Below are positions 1-9,802 of a stretch of DNA of 64,000 bases, in pieces. The notes below the pieces were generated by a model. The model worked only from the letters and a program-made list of their open reading frames with translations. It did not search any database and was not told the DNA's origin. The position numbers and the translations under genes were made by a program. How positions within the stretch are numbered: position 1 is the first letter of the stretch; each line of letters opens with the position of its first letter. This stretch comes from an uncultured Chloroflexia bacterium. GTDB taxonomy: Bacteria > Chloroflexota > Chloroflexia > QHBQ01 > JADMIH01. The DNA is taken from NCBI GenBank assembly GCA_963797095.1, contig CAWCNY010000006.1, positions 224,001 to 288,000 on the forward strand, given 5' to 3'.

Positions 1-2
1 TA

Positions 3-374
3 GCTGCCGAGATATGGCGCGGTTTTGACCCTGTATGGTTTGCGTACGGGTTGTTCGGGGTCGAGATGCTTGGAGTTGGTTTGCTGGCGGTGGCGGTCGG
101 GTTATCGGTGCCGTGGGCGAAACTGGATTGGGACGACCCGAGGCGAATGCTGCCCTGGCAGACCGCGATCCTGACGATGGTGGCCTGGATGGTGATAGGG
201 TTGCTGGCGGGTGGGCTGCTCTGCTTGCCTTTCTTCGTTGACTTGTTCAACCCTGGCGTGGTGGGGGTGTTGATGCCCATGGGCGCGCTGCTGTCGACCA
301 TGTTGATGGGTGGGGTGGCTTATGGGGCGCTGCGCCTGGGAACGCTGCAACTTGGCAATATCGACGAGCCTTAG
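3..374 (+). CDS. C-terminal part of a multi-pass membrane protein (putative ABC-type permease), truncated by window start
   Basis: Frame is open from position 3 (AAEIWRGFDPVWFAYGLFGV...); hydrophobic helices around a 'WAKLDWDDPRRM' loop; stop at 374. Confidence 0.6.
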   Translation, partial: AAEIWRGFDPVWFAYGLFGVEMLGVGLLAVAVGLSVPWAKLDWDDPRRMLPWQTAILTMVAWMVIGLLAGGLLCLPFFVDLFNPGVVGVLMPMGALLSTMLMGGVAYGALRLGTLQLGNIDEP

Positions 375-385
375 GCTCGGCGGAG

Positions 386-2242
386 CTATTTGGCCAGGGC
401 AGCTTTTTTGTCTTTCCGCTTGTGGCCGTTGGTGGCTGCGGAAATGGCCTGAGCCTCTTCCATGGCCTCAAGCTCCATGGTGAAGATGCGGCGCACTATG
501 GCTACCGAGGTGGCGTAGGCGGAGTCCATACCGAGGTAGGCGAGGCGGATCGCGCCCAGGTTTTTGCCACGGGTGTAAGGGGTGTCTGAGCCGTAGTGGA
601 GGAAGCCGAGGTCAATGGGGAGCCTGGAAAAGTTGATGTGCTCGCCGTTGGGGTAGCGGGTGGGGTAGGTGTACTCGTAGACGGCGTTGAGGTAGGGGCC
701 TGCCTCCATTTCGACCACCGTGTAGTTGTCCTTGTAGTAGGAGTCGAGGTAGGGGCGGTTCTGGAGGTAGGTGCCTTTGACGGTGACGGCCTTCTGGTTG
801 TCGAGCACGGAGCCGTAGGCCAGGAAGGGGGAGACATCGGCGGCGGTGAAGCAGTTGTCGAGCCAGTAGGTGTTCTGGGTGTGCTCATCGAAGACGGAGT
901 TGCTGATCATGACATCGCCGATGCGCCCGTTGAGGGTGGCGGCTTTGCCGAGCACGTAGACGCCCTTGACGTTCTCAAGGCTCTCGGCGACCTGCACGAA
1001 GATGTAGTAGGCGGCGAGGCCGAGGGGATAGTCGATGTTGAGGATGATGGCGCGGCTCTTTTTGAGGCGCTCTATGCCTTCGACGCCGAGGCGGGGGTCG
1101 AATCCTGAGGTGTCGAGGCGAGCTAGCTCGATCACCTGGGCGTCGATGGGCATGCCCTCTTTGGTGGGGATGTAGTGGATGCCCTGTTCTTCTTCTTCTT
1201 TGGGCTTGCGCTTGAGGGCATCACGTCCCTTGTCGGTCTCGGTGAAGTAGAGGCGGGAGGCGTAGTAGAGCATGTTCTCGATGGGGGCGCGGACCTGCTT
1301 TTTGACTAGCTTGTTGTATTCGACGAGAAGCTCAGGGTCGCTTGAGCGGCGGATGAACTCCTCGATGCCCTGACGAGCGCGGGGGATGGTGCCGCTGACG
1401 AGGTTGGTGAGGGCGTGGGTGTTGGAGGAGACGAAGTAGACGGGGCGGTCGGCTAGATCGCGGCTTTCGAGGAGTTTCTTGATGGGGGCCCACCACTCCT
1501 CGGTGGCCTTGGCGTAGCCTATGTAGGTGCCTCCCAGCATGCGGACGGTGAAGCTTTTTTCGTCTTTTGCCATGGCCCTGAGGTTGTCCCAGGTGCCTTC
1601 GCCCCATACAGCCTGGAGGCGCACCCAATCTTCCATGCTGACGAGGAGGCGCGATTGGAGCACGCGCATCACCTCGTTGTAGAGGGCGGGGGGCATGGTG
1701 TCGATGGATGTGAGTAGCTCGATGGTGTTGGGGTCGGAGTTGAGTAGCTCGTGGAATTTGTTCCATTCGATCTGGAAGCCGGTGAGGGTTGGGATCAGGT
1801 CGTCTACGTCGCTGATGGAGGAGACGTAGACGGCGAGGGTTTCTTTGCCGTCCCAGAACCATCGCCTGCGCCTGCCGGGGGAGCTAACGGGATCCCACTT
1901 TTCGACGGGGAAGCCCTGGCGGTGGAATACTTCCGCCGATTGGCCGAGGAGGACGCGGCGCACGCGCATGATGCTGGCAGGCAGCCGTTGCACGCAGTAG
2001 AGGAAAGCTGACATGTCTGGCTCGATGCCGCGAGCGTTGACGTGCAAGGCGGAATCGGCGTTGAGGTGGGCCTGTACAAGGGCTTTGACTTTTACTTCGC
2101 CCGACGAGCGCAACATGGTGGTGTAGGTGCGGATGTAGACTTCTACATCCTGCTTGGTGGCGGGGTAGATGTCCTGGTGATCTACGGCACCATCGCCTTC
2201 GGGGAGGTGTCTGGGGTCCTCCATTTCTATCAAGTTGTCCAT
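386..2242 (-). CDS. Conserved protein (DUF6909-like) with predicted C-terminal nucleoside phosphorylase-like fold
   Basis: 618 aa ORF with AGGAG RBS; motifs 'VYVLGKAATLNGRIGDVMI', 'VVEMEAG' and 'HYGSD' follow the NP-I family order. Confidence 0.8.
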   Translation of the reverse strand: MDNLIEMEDPRHLPEGDGAVDHQDIYPATKQDVEVYIRTYTTMLRSSGEVKVKALVQAHLNADSALHVNARGIEPDMSAFLYCVQRLPASIMRVRRVLLGQSAEVFHRQGFPVEKWDPVSSPGRRRRWFWDGKETLAVYVSSISDVDDLIPTLTGFQIEWNKFHELLNSDPNTIELLTSIDTMPPALYNEVMRVLQSRLLVSMEDWVRLQAVWGEGTWDNLRAMAKDEKSFTVRMLGGTYIGYAKATEEWWAPIKKLLESRDLADRPVYFVSSNTHALTNLVSGTIPRARQGIEEFIRRSSDPELLVEYNKLVKKQVRAPIENMLYYASRLYFTETDKGRDALKRKPKEEEEQGIHYIPTKEGMPIDAQVIELARLDTSGFDPRLGVEGIERLKKSRAIILNIDYPLGLAAYYIFVQVAESLENVKGVYVLGKAATLNGRIGDVMISNSVFDEHTQNTYWLDNCFTAADVSPFLAYGSVLDNQKAVTVKGTYLQNRPYLDSYYKDNYTVVEMEAGPYLNAVYEYTYPTRYPNGEHINFSRLPIDLGFLHYGSDTPYTRGKNLGAIRLAYLGMDSAYATSVAIVRRIFTMELEAMEEAQAISAATNGHKRKDKKAALAK

Positions 2243-2499
2243 ATTGTTCCTTCTCCTATGGTCTTTTTCACTTCTGCTGATTCTTGTTATTACCTGCCAT
2301 TATATTGTTTGTCGCGGGTTGCGTCAAAGTGTTTGAGAGTTTCGTAAGGTGGTACTTTGGTACAGCAGGCGATCAGAATTTTGAGTGGTCGAAGGGAGGA
2401 TGGTTGGATTCCCCTCTCATTAACTAAGTGGCAGATGGGGGGCAAAACTGGACTCTTTTTAGGGTGTACTTTAGTACAGTTTTTTGGAGTGCGGAGTGC

Positions 2500-2620
2500 A
2501 GGGTGGCTTCCGCAGACTGGCCATCGTTATGAGCGACGGCTGGACATTCACAAGGCGTTCCTGATTCTTGCTGTGCCTTATCTGCCGGCTTTATCTAATA
2601 TGAGGTTTTGAAATCAATTC
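2500..2620 (+). pseudogene. 3' remnant of an IS5-family transposase and right end
   Basis: With small frameshifts it reads GFRRLAI-RYERRLDIHKAFLILA-CALIC, the typical IS5 C-terminal motif; ends GTTTTGAAATCAATTC then TTA (2621-2623). Confidence 0.55.
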
Positions 2621-3053
2621 TTAGCTTATGATTTAACCGTCACGAAACCGGCAAGAGCTTGATCGACTTTTGCCGATACCTTAACAACCAACTACCAAAC
2701 GCTCAAATTGCCACCGATGGCCCGCTCATGTACGCTCATGCAGCCTTTTTGATGGCTGGATAGCGTCGAGCGGGCCCTGAACGTCGTCCCTTGGGTCTGC
2801 CAGGCGAGCGTCCACACGGTTTTGGCAACTTCGCCGGAGTACCCACCTCTAGCAGAAGTGTCCAAAACCTCCGCCTCACTCGGTAAGGAGTCAGCTTGCC
2901 TGCCTCAAGTGGTCTCTCCCAGGGCAGACGTTGGTCAGTCACGCAGCTTCTGGCAAGACGCAGTTGAGTGTAAGCGGCGATAATAAGCCAGCTCCAACGG
3001 TCGGCTTGCTGAGGTAGTCGAACGCGAGGCACCGTCCAGTTGAGGGTTTGTTT

Positions 3054-3234
3054 GATGAAGCGGAAGGTGTGTTCCAAGATGAAGATGAAGCGGAAGGTGT
3101 GTTCCAAGATGAAGATGAAGCGGAAGGTGTGTTCCAAGATGAAGATGAAGCGGAAGGTGTGTTCCAAGATGAAGATGAAGCGGAAGGTGTGTTCCAAGAT
3201 GAAGATGAAGATGAAGGTGTGTTCCAAGACGAAG
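3054..3234. repeat. 30-bp tandem repeat, about 6 units
   Basis: CGGAAGGTGTGTTCCAAGATGAAGATGAAG x5 perfect (3061-3210) plus a degenerate unit; encodes (FIFILEHTFR)n in the transposase. Confidence 0.97.
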
Positions 3235-3390
3235 CGTCTGACATAGGAACGCCAGAGCATATCTAACAGATCCAAGCCTGGCTCATTTGCGTCAGGGCCT
3301 GAGTACCACAACCAAAGCACCTGTGGCTCTCGCGTCTTTCTGGGCAGCCGAGAGACTTCAACCAGCACCAACATGCCCTTAGATATAGGT

Positions 3391-3417
3391 CGGGGTTGGC
3401 GGGGTTGGCGGGGTTGG
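3391..3417. repeat. 9-bp tandem repeat x3
   Basis: CGGGGTTGG x3, encoding RQP repeats in the transposase. Confidence 0.9.
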
Positions 3418-4440
3418 CGGGTGCCATGAGTGGGGTGGTTTTGGGTCTTGGGGTGCAAGCCACACCACGCTCGCACCCTCACACTTCCGTATTGACTATC
3501 CTCGCATCAATGCTCAAGGGTGGGAGTGGGCCAGGTGGCCGGGTTGTAGCACTCGAACTTGCGACCATGCCGACGTGGGCGACCACCCAAAGTGCCCCGT
3601 CCAGTGCCACACTCAGCAGGGGAAAGGGGGTCTGCATAGAAGCAACGACCACAGCGCAACCTAACCAGGATAGAAACAGAAGCCGCCAAGTCAGGGTTAT
3701 CAGAGTTGGCAAGCTCTTCAGCCAGTTGCACCGGATCGTACCCGGCATCAAATGCGAATAGAGGTGTTAGAGCGGTTGGAGAGGCAGCTTGTTGATCTGT
3801 GTCCAGCTCCGGACCGAGCGAAGCAAGCATTTGCCCGATCTGCTGTACAGCAACCACGTGGAGGTTCTCATTGGGGTGAACACGACGCACATCGAGAGGC
3901 GCAGTCCAGCTATCGCGGGTAAAACCGAGCTGAGCGATCCATTGATAAGCCCAACCAGCCACGATGGGCTGACCGGCCGAGTGGCGAGAGGGGTGGTAGT
4001 AGAAGCCTCGATCTGGGCTTGCTTCGGCATCACACCGCGGCCATACGCTGACATCTACTGCGTAGACTGTTCTAGAGTTTGAGTTATCCATGTCCAAAGG
4101 GTGCAGTGGGTGCTCAGCAAGCAGGGTTCTGAGGCGATCAACATCGATTTGACCTTCGGAGAGGGCCGCGTACAGGCTACCCCAGCCCCGCCGATGCACT
4201 GGCTCAAGGCTCAGTTGCACCGGAGATGGCAGAGGCCCGCCCGTTATGATAGCATCGGTAAGCTCAAACAGAGCATCGGCTCGTTTGGAAAAACAAGCAT
4301 AGAGGGAAGCGCGAAATGTAGCCAAAGCATCAAGAGAGTACAGAGCGTTGGATTCCATAGCGAATCCAGTATGCTCCCTCTCTCGCAAAATGACCACCTT
4401 ACCTGCCAATTGCCACCCTCCTGGCTAAATCATAAGCTTA

Positions 4441-5727
4441 GGAGCCTTCCGCAGATAAGGTGATCAAAGTAGCTGAGGCTTGATAGTGTAGTTCCATTCC
4501 CCGTGGAAGGCATCTTTGAACAGATTGAGGGCAGCCACTTGCTCATCAGTGACCTTGATCCCTGTCGGATATGCATGGCTGTCCTTGAGCGCCCTCACCA
4601 CTAACCCCTCTTGGGTGGTAGTATGCGAGATCAGTTCCAACACCACTTCCATAGACGTGAGCGGGGTGGCCCGCCAATTTATTGATATGTACGAAAACAC
4701 TCGATGCTCTATCTTGTTCCATTTGCTGGTAGCAGGGGGATAATGCGCCACCGTGATGGCCAGTTGTTCTTCATTGGCCAGTGCCTGTAGCTTTTGCTTC
4801 CACAGGCGGTTTCTCACCCCATTGGAGCCTCCTCCATCAGCGGTGATCAGCAGTTCCTTTTTGCCTGGATAGAGGGTTTTGCCCCACTTCTGCCACCACC
4901 TGCGGATACTCTCCACCGCAAACTCAGCCGTATCATGGTCAATACCCACATTCACAAACCCCACGTTCACAAACCCCACGTTATGCACCAGGTCATATAT
5001 CCCGTAGGGGATGGCCTTGCCATCGGCCAGGGAAACAAAGTCATACACCGATACCACCCTCTCTTCCCCTTGAGCCTGCCATTCCCGTCCGTTGTTCCTG
5101 AACTGGCCTATCAACTCCTTCTTCTTGCAGTCAACGGAGATGATAGGAGCGCCTTTGTGTTCAAACTCTTTGCACCGAGCGTTGATGTGAGTAAATTGCT
5201 CATCCCGGTCAGGGTGCGATTGGCCTTCGATATTCTTCTTGTTGACGCGCAGAGAAAATCTCTGCTCGTGCAGCAATTCGGCCAGTGCTGACTTCTTGAT
5301 GTGATGCCCTTTGCCTTCAAGGGCTTGCACCAGGTGTGCCAACGATTTGGTGGTCCATCGTACAAGGCTCATCGGGTCACCCTTGGGTTCCAATTCCCTC
5401 TCCAGATCGGGGAGCAGGGTGGGATCGGTCTGTGCAAGCTTTTTCATGCCCCCACCAGGCTTGCGGATGCGTTCTCCTGGTTGATAGTTGTCCCCTGCCT
5501 CCCGTTCTTTCAGACCCCGCTTGACCGTGTTGAGGGATACCCCTGCCTCCCGAGCTACTGTGCTGGTGCTTCCTCTGCGTTGAGCCTCGGCTGCCAGGTA
5601 CTGTCTCCACTGCTTCTCATTTAGCAGTGTCCGAAGCTGTTGGTATTCTTGTTCGGTCGAGAGCTTTTCCATACTCTCTATCTTCGCATATCTCCCTCTC
5701 TATGTCAACTAATTCTCGGAAGGCTCC
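4441..5727 (-). mobile_element. ISAzo13-family insertion sequence
   Basis: Terminal inverted repeats GGAGCCTTCCG (4441-4451) and CGGAAGGCTCC (5717-5727); 3-bp direct repeat TTA at 4438-4440 and 5728-5730. Confidence 0.92.
4464..5672 (-). CDS. ISAzo13-family transposase
   Basis: 402 aa; motifs GDPMSLVRWTTKS, ISVDCKKKELIG, ITADGGGSNG, TSKWNKIEHR; in-frame 15-bp duplication at 4951-4980 (VGFVN x2). Confidence 0.93.
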   Translation of the reverse strand: MEKLSTEQEYQQLRTLLNEKQWRQYLAAEAQRRGSTSTVAREAGVSLNTVKRGLKEREAGDNYQPGERIRKPGGGMKKLAQTDPTLLPDLERELEPKGDPMSLVRWTTKSLAHLVQALEGKGHHIKKSALAELLHEQRFSLRVNKKNIEGQSHPDRDEQFTHINARCKEFEHKGAPIISVDCKKKELIGQFRNNGREWQAQGEERVVSVYDFVSLADGKAIPYGIYDLVHNVGFVNVGFVNVGIDHDTAEFAVESIRRWWQKWGKTLYPGKKELLITADGGGSNGVRNRLWKQKLQALANEEQLAITVAHYPPATSKWNKIEHRVFSYISINWRATPLTSMEVVLELISHTTTQEGLVVRALKDSHAYPTGIKVTDEQVAALNLFKDAFHGEWNYTIKPQLL

Positions 5728-5793
5728 TTAGTACTATCGGCTAGTATCTTTGTGTATATTCACTATTGATAAGAATCGTCACCCGGTGTCTGA

Positions 5794-6123
5794 TTACAGC
5801 GCACTCACTCTTGGACGTGCTGCTCACCTTGGAGAGTAGACCAACTCTACGAAGTGTCTTGGGGTATAGCCGCTGCACGCTCTATTCCTCAGATTTACAT
5901 GGCACAGGCTGCCAGAGACTGGTATACAGTAAAACGCTGGGCGTTTGAGAATAATCACATCATGCAATTTGCTGGAGAAACAACACAGTGTGGCAAATAT
6001 GACTGCCATTCTCCCCACTTTAATTGGGCACAAGCCTGGCAGGTATTCTGGTTGGAACTCAATGCAGATGAGAGGTCCGGATTCCAAGAAACTTTCGACT
6101 ACTCAACTGACATTTGGCCGTGA
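5794..6123 (+). pseudogene. C-terminal remnant of a probable secreted protein
   Basis: Protein-like frame (WRVDQLYEVSWGIAAARSIPQIY...FDYSTDIWP) with no RBS or start; in-frame stops upstream, directly after the IS stack. Confidence 0.45.
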
Positions 6124-6198
6124 AATTGTATTTGTGGAATTGTATATTGATCACAAATGCGCCAAGCTTCAACGTTCCCAATAATGGAGGGAAATCCC

Positions 6199-6855
6199 AT
6201 GGATCGCTACACAGCTCATGTGCATGAATGGTCTTTGTTAGTCTTGGTTCTATGTTGTACATTGCTAGTCGTCGGTCTCTTGAGTGCCTGCTCTAATGAA
6301 AGCCAGCATGTAGTGGGGCTCACTTCCCCCGCTACCAGTACATTACGGGGAAGTACTCGCACTGTCGGGATGGGAGCCACATTTACGCCTAATGAGAAGC
6401 AAACCTCTGATACGCGTGTGGCACAGTTCGATGCTACAATCGCCGCACAGGTTACACTTTCCCCACGCCCAACTGCGCATCATGGACCAATCTACTCAGA
6501 GAGTCCCATACCTACTCCCACCTGGGCTGTGGGTTATTTTCCAGGCCCTCGACCAGAGAATACCTTCAATCCAGAGTACTTCACCTGTTGGTATGGTGCC
6601 CTGAACGACAAACTGTTATCAATATGTGCCGGGCATGAGCAGTTTGGTGGAGACCTGGAGCAAGGCGTGATAAGAATAAGGGTGTTGGAGCAAGATCAAG
6701 TGACAGTGGTTAGCCATGACATCTACCGGACGCCAGAGAAGGTGGGGGTCGTGCACATCGTAACTGCGGACAATAACTTGGTAACTGTTGCCTCTGAAGA
6801 TGGGCAGCATATCTTTACATTCGATATTGCCACTCGCCAGTGGGTAACTCCGTAA
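6199..6855 (+). CDS. Hypothetical lipoprotein
   Basis: GGAGG RBS at 6186-6190, ATG 6199; hydrophobic signal ending in lipobox LLSAC; Thr/Pro linker then beta-rich domain. Confidence 0.75.
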   Translation: MDRYTAHVHEWSLLVLVLCCTLLVVGLLSACSNESQHVVGLTSPATSTLRGSTRTVGMGATFTPNEKQTSDTRVAQFDATIAAQVTLSPRPTAHHGPIYSESPIPTPTWAVGYFPGPRPENTFNPEYFTCWYGALNDKLLSICAGHEQFGGDLEQGVIRIRVLEQDQVTVVSHDIYRTPEKVGVVHIVTADNNLVTVASEDGQHIFTFDIATRQWVTP

Positions 6856-6979
6856 GAAAACCTGAGCTAACCGTTTGTCAACAAGAGTGCTTTACAAGAT
6901 AACCAACTTTCTGACTCGTAGGCGCGTAACAAAGTAATTCACCTTTAGTTGAGAGATCGGAACCCACGCTTGATTCGCT

Positions 6980-7177
6980 TCAGGTAATCTCCACCTTCAC
7001 AAGCCCCGTTTCCAGCGGCCCGGGGAGCGGTACTATCGTGCCGTCTGGTAGGGTGGCCGTCGTCGCTATACCGCGTGATACGAGGATTCCACCCTCATCG
7101 TACACGGTGGACCACACCGTGTTCGCGGTTGAAATCTGATCGGCTTGTGGCAAGGCGTCTTTGTCCAGGTTATCCAT
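6980..7177 (-). CDS. Small hypothetical protein
   Basis: GAGGTG just upstream of ATG 7177; TATAAT upstream on the minus strand; 65 aa. Confidence 0.4.
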   Translation of the reverse strand: MDNLDKDALPQADQISTANTVWSTVYDEGGILVSRGIATTATLPDGTIVPLPGPLETGLVKVEIT

Positions 7178-7520
7178 GTAGCACCTCACAGTTTCGATTA
7201 TCAAATCCGACACTGAGCCAACATTAGCCTGATTACCTGCGTATTATAGCGCATGGACAGCACGCCCATGCGCGTCTTCTATGGCGGCAGGCGGAGCATA
7301 CTTGGCTGGAATGCGGCAATGGCTAGGGCTTGACCAGGGACTTTGCATCCCCTGTCTGAGTTGGGCGTGATGTTGTGGGGGGTCGGGGCTTCGTGGTACA
7401 ATGGCGGACGGTAAGCAAATATATAGGTCGTGCGAAATATGTCAGAATAGTGTAATACCGGGGTGGGGTTATGATGACGTATGACGCGTGTTGTTTTGCC
7501 GTGATGAGAGGGAGGGGTGC

Positions 7521-8201
7521 TTGAAGGTTTCAGTTGTCATTCCCGTATACAACGAAGAAAGCACTATACGAGAAATCGTAATGCGGGTGCAGGCGGTGCC
7601 TGTCGAGAAGGAGATAATCGTTGTGGACGATTACTCCACGGACGGCACCGAGGCGGAGTTGAAAAAGCTGGAAGCAGAAGGGGTGATAAGGCTGTTCCGG
7701 CATGCGGTGAACCAGGGGAAGGGGGCGGCCTGCCGCACCGGGATTTCGAAGGTGGCGGGCGATGTGGTTATCATACAGGACGCCGATCTGGAATACGACC
7801 CGGCGGATTACCCCGATCTGCTGGCCCCGATTGAGAAGGGGCGGGCCAAGGTGGTGTACGGCTCGCGGTTCCTGGGGCCGCACAAGGCTATGTATTTCTG
7901 GCATTCAGTGGGCAATAAGATGCTTACGCTGGTGACCAACGTTTTGTACGATACAACGCTGACCGATATGGAAACGTGCTATAAAGTGTTTACGGCAGAT
8001 ATAGCGCGCAAGCTGATGTTGAAGTCGAACAGGTGGGGATTTGACCCTGAGATCACGGCCAAGATACTGAGGATGGGCAACCGTATTTATGAAGTGCCCA
8101 TTTCGTACACAGGCCGGGAGTTCGACGAGGGGAAGAAGATATCGTGGAAAGATGGCTTCACGATCGTTTGGGTGTTGGTCAAGTACAAATTCGTAAAGTG
8201 A
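7521..8201 (+). CDS. Glycosyltransferase family 2 (DPM1/polyprenol-phosphate glycosyltransferase-like)
   Basis: VSVVIPVYNE, VDDYSTDGT, NQGKGAA, IQDADLEY, DMETCYK; TTG start after GGAGG. Confidence 0.92.
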   Translation: MKVSVVIPVYNEESTIREIVMRVQAVPVEKEIIVVDDYSTDGTEAELKKLEAEGVIRLFRHAVNQGKGAACRTGISKVAGDVVIIQDADLEYDPADYPDLLAPIEKGRAKVVYGSRFLGPHKAMYFWHSVGNKMLTLVTNVLYDTTLTDMETCYKVFTADIARKLMLKSNRWGFDPEITAKILRMGNRIYEVPISYTGREFDEGKKISWKDGFTIVWVLVKYKFVK

Positions 8202-8217
8202 GTGGTGGTTGGTACAG

Positions 8218-9201
8218 ATGAACATCTTAGGCATTGATTTAGGCGGAACGAAGATACTGGGGATACTGGCGAACGAGCACGGCGAGGTGCTGGACGAGTA
8301 CCTTGTGCCGACGCTGGCGCATGAAGGATTGGAGGCGGTGGTAGGCCGGCTGGTGGACGTGATACAGCGGCTGACGCCGGAAGGCGGGGTGGATGCTATC
8401 GGGGTGGATGTGCCCGCGCCTGTTGATACCAACCAGGGGATATTGTACGCGCCGCCCAACCTGCCAGGGTGGTCCGAAAAGGGCGTGCCGCTTATCCGGA
8501 TATTGAGGGAGAAGTGTGGGTTTGGGGATACGATGCCCGGTATGGTGCTGGTCAATGATGCTAACGCATCAGCCCTTGCCGAATACACCTATGGGGCGGG
8601 GTGCGAGACGGTGTTGGGACGCAAGATCAAGCACATGGTCTTCCTGACGGTGAGCACGGGGATCGGCGGTGGGGTGATCACAGATGGCAAACTGCTGCTG
8701 GGGGCCAACGGGTTCGCCGCAGAGTTGGGGCACATCGTGATCGACGCTTTCGGGTACAGGTGTAACTGTGGGAATGTTGGCTGCCTGGAGGCGATGGCTT
8801 CGGGGACGGCGCTGGGGCGAGAGGCCTCGATTATCGTGGAGGCACGTCCCGATACCCGGATGGCCGAGCTTGCAGGGGGAGATCCGAAGAATGTGACGGC
8901 GAAGATAGTGGTGCAGGCGGCGCAGGAAGACGATCCGGTGGCGCTGGAGCTGATGAGGCGAGAGGCATCGCTGGTGGCCGCAGGGGTAACAGGGTTTGTT
9001 CATTCGTTCAACCCGCAATTGATCGTGATCGGCGGGGGAGTGAGCCACGCTGGAGACCTGCTGTTCGTGCCGCTACGCGCCGACGTGACGCGGGCTGTTA
9101 TGCCACCGTTTGTGGGCACTTATGAAATAGTGCCGGCCCGGGTAGGCGACAAATCGGCGGCCCTGGGCGCGGTGGCGGCGGTGCTGCATTTGGGACCATA
9201 G
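8218..9201 (+). CDS. ROK family sugar kinase (glucokinase-like)
   Basis: GIDLGGTK, NDANA, STGIGGG, ELGH..CNCGNVGCLE zinc motif. Confidence 0.92.
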   Translation: MNILGIDLGGTKILGILANEHGEVLDEYLVPTLAHEGLEAVVGRLVDVIQRLTPEGGVDAIGVDVPAPVDTNQGILYAPPNLPGWSEKGVPLIRILREKCGFGDTMPGMVLVNDANASALAEYTYGAGCETVLGRKIKHMVFLTVSTGIGGGVITDGKLLLGANGFAAELGHIVIDAFGYRCNCGNVGCLEAMASGTALGREASIIVEARPDTRMAELAGGDPKNVTAKIVVQAAQEDDPVALELMRREASLVAAGVTGFVHSFNPQLIVIGGGVSHAGDLLFVPLRADVTRAVMPPFVGTYEIVPARVGDKSAALGAVAAVLHLGP

Positions 9202-9327
9202 ACGAAGGGCGGTAGTTTCAAGTTCCAAGTTCCTGGTTGTTGGTAGTCGGTAGTCGGAGGGCTTGTGACGGAGTGTGTAGTACGTCGTATACAATAAAGA
9301 CTGTCACTCGTCACTCGTCACTCGTTA
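9200..9327. repeat. Heptanucleotide tracts
   Basis: In-phase 7-mers agtttca agttcca agttcct ggttgtt ggtagtc ggtagtc (9214-9255) and gtcactc x3 (9303-9323). Confidence 0.8.
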
Positions 9328-9346
9328 CGTATCAGGATGGCATTTC

Positions 9347-9745
9347 ATGGCAGATAGCGATGCCGGTAGCGAGCATGAGCACGAAGTTGATAACGCGCCT
9401 ATGGTTGGGCGGCCTACATTGCTGGTGACGTTCAGTGCGAAGTTGGACGGGCAGGCGGTGATGTCGGCGCTGGGCAAGGTTGGGTATCCGGTAAGCGATG
9501 TGCGCATTTATCACAGGCCGGTGGGAACCGACCAGGTGATCGATGCGCTGACGAGAGAGGTGCCTGCCGGGGAAGCGCTGGCGCGAAATGTCACGGCGAG
9601 CAAAGATGGGCGCAAATTGGACACGCTGGTGCTGCTGCACCCGGATGGGGCGCAGTTTGTGGCTGTGAAGGGTGCGCTGGATCAACTGGGTGTGGCCGAC
9701 TATAAGTATTCCGAAGGTTCGGTCTTCGAGGGCGTGGAAGAGTGA
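9347..9745 (+). CDS. Hypothetical protein
   Basis: 132 aa ORF co-oriented with neighbours, AGGA upstream, normal codon pattern. Confidence 0.7.
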   Translation: MADSDAGSEHEHEVDNAPMVGRPTLLVTFSAKLDGQAVMSALGKVGYPVSDVRIYHRPVGTDQVIDALTREVPAGEALARNVTASKDGRKLDTLVLLHPDGAQFVAVKGALDQLGVADYKYSEGSVFEGVEE

Positions 9746-9802
9746 TGCAGGGAATGCCTGGTGATTGGCGCAATTGTTGATGGTCATAGATAGAGAGTAT
9801 TG

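Larger units (their letters stand above)
2736..4358 (-). pseudogene. Transposase interrupted by an in-frame TGA and carrying a tandem expansion
   Basis: ORFs 3507-4409 and 2736-3482 share a frame and are separated only by TGA at 3509-3507 (PTLEH*CEDSQYGSVRVRAW); motifs AVDVSVW, FDAGYD, RRF..EHTFRFIKQTLNW. Confidence 0.85.
2624..4437 (-). mobile_element. Insertion sequence with DDE_5-type (IS701-like) transposase
   Basis: Terminal inverted repeats GCTTATGATTTAACC (2624-2638) and GGCTAAATCATAAGC (4423-4437), 14/15 match; TTA on both flanks (alternative reading: CTTAG 5-bp duplication with ends 2625/4436). Confidence 0.8.

Noticed and set aside
3054-3234. 30-bp repeats as a CRISPR array
   Set aside because: Units are contiguous with no spacers, lie in frame inside a transposase, and no cas genes are present.
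3507-3509. In-frame TGA as selenocysteine or programmed readthrough
   Set aside because: Transposase context, non-catalytic position, no evident SECIS hairpin; the gene has other lesions.
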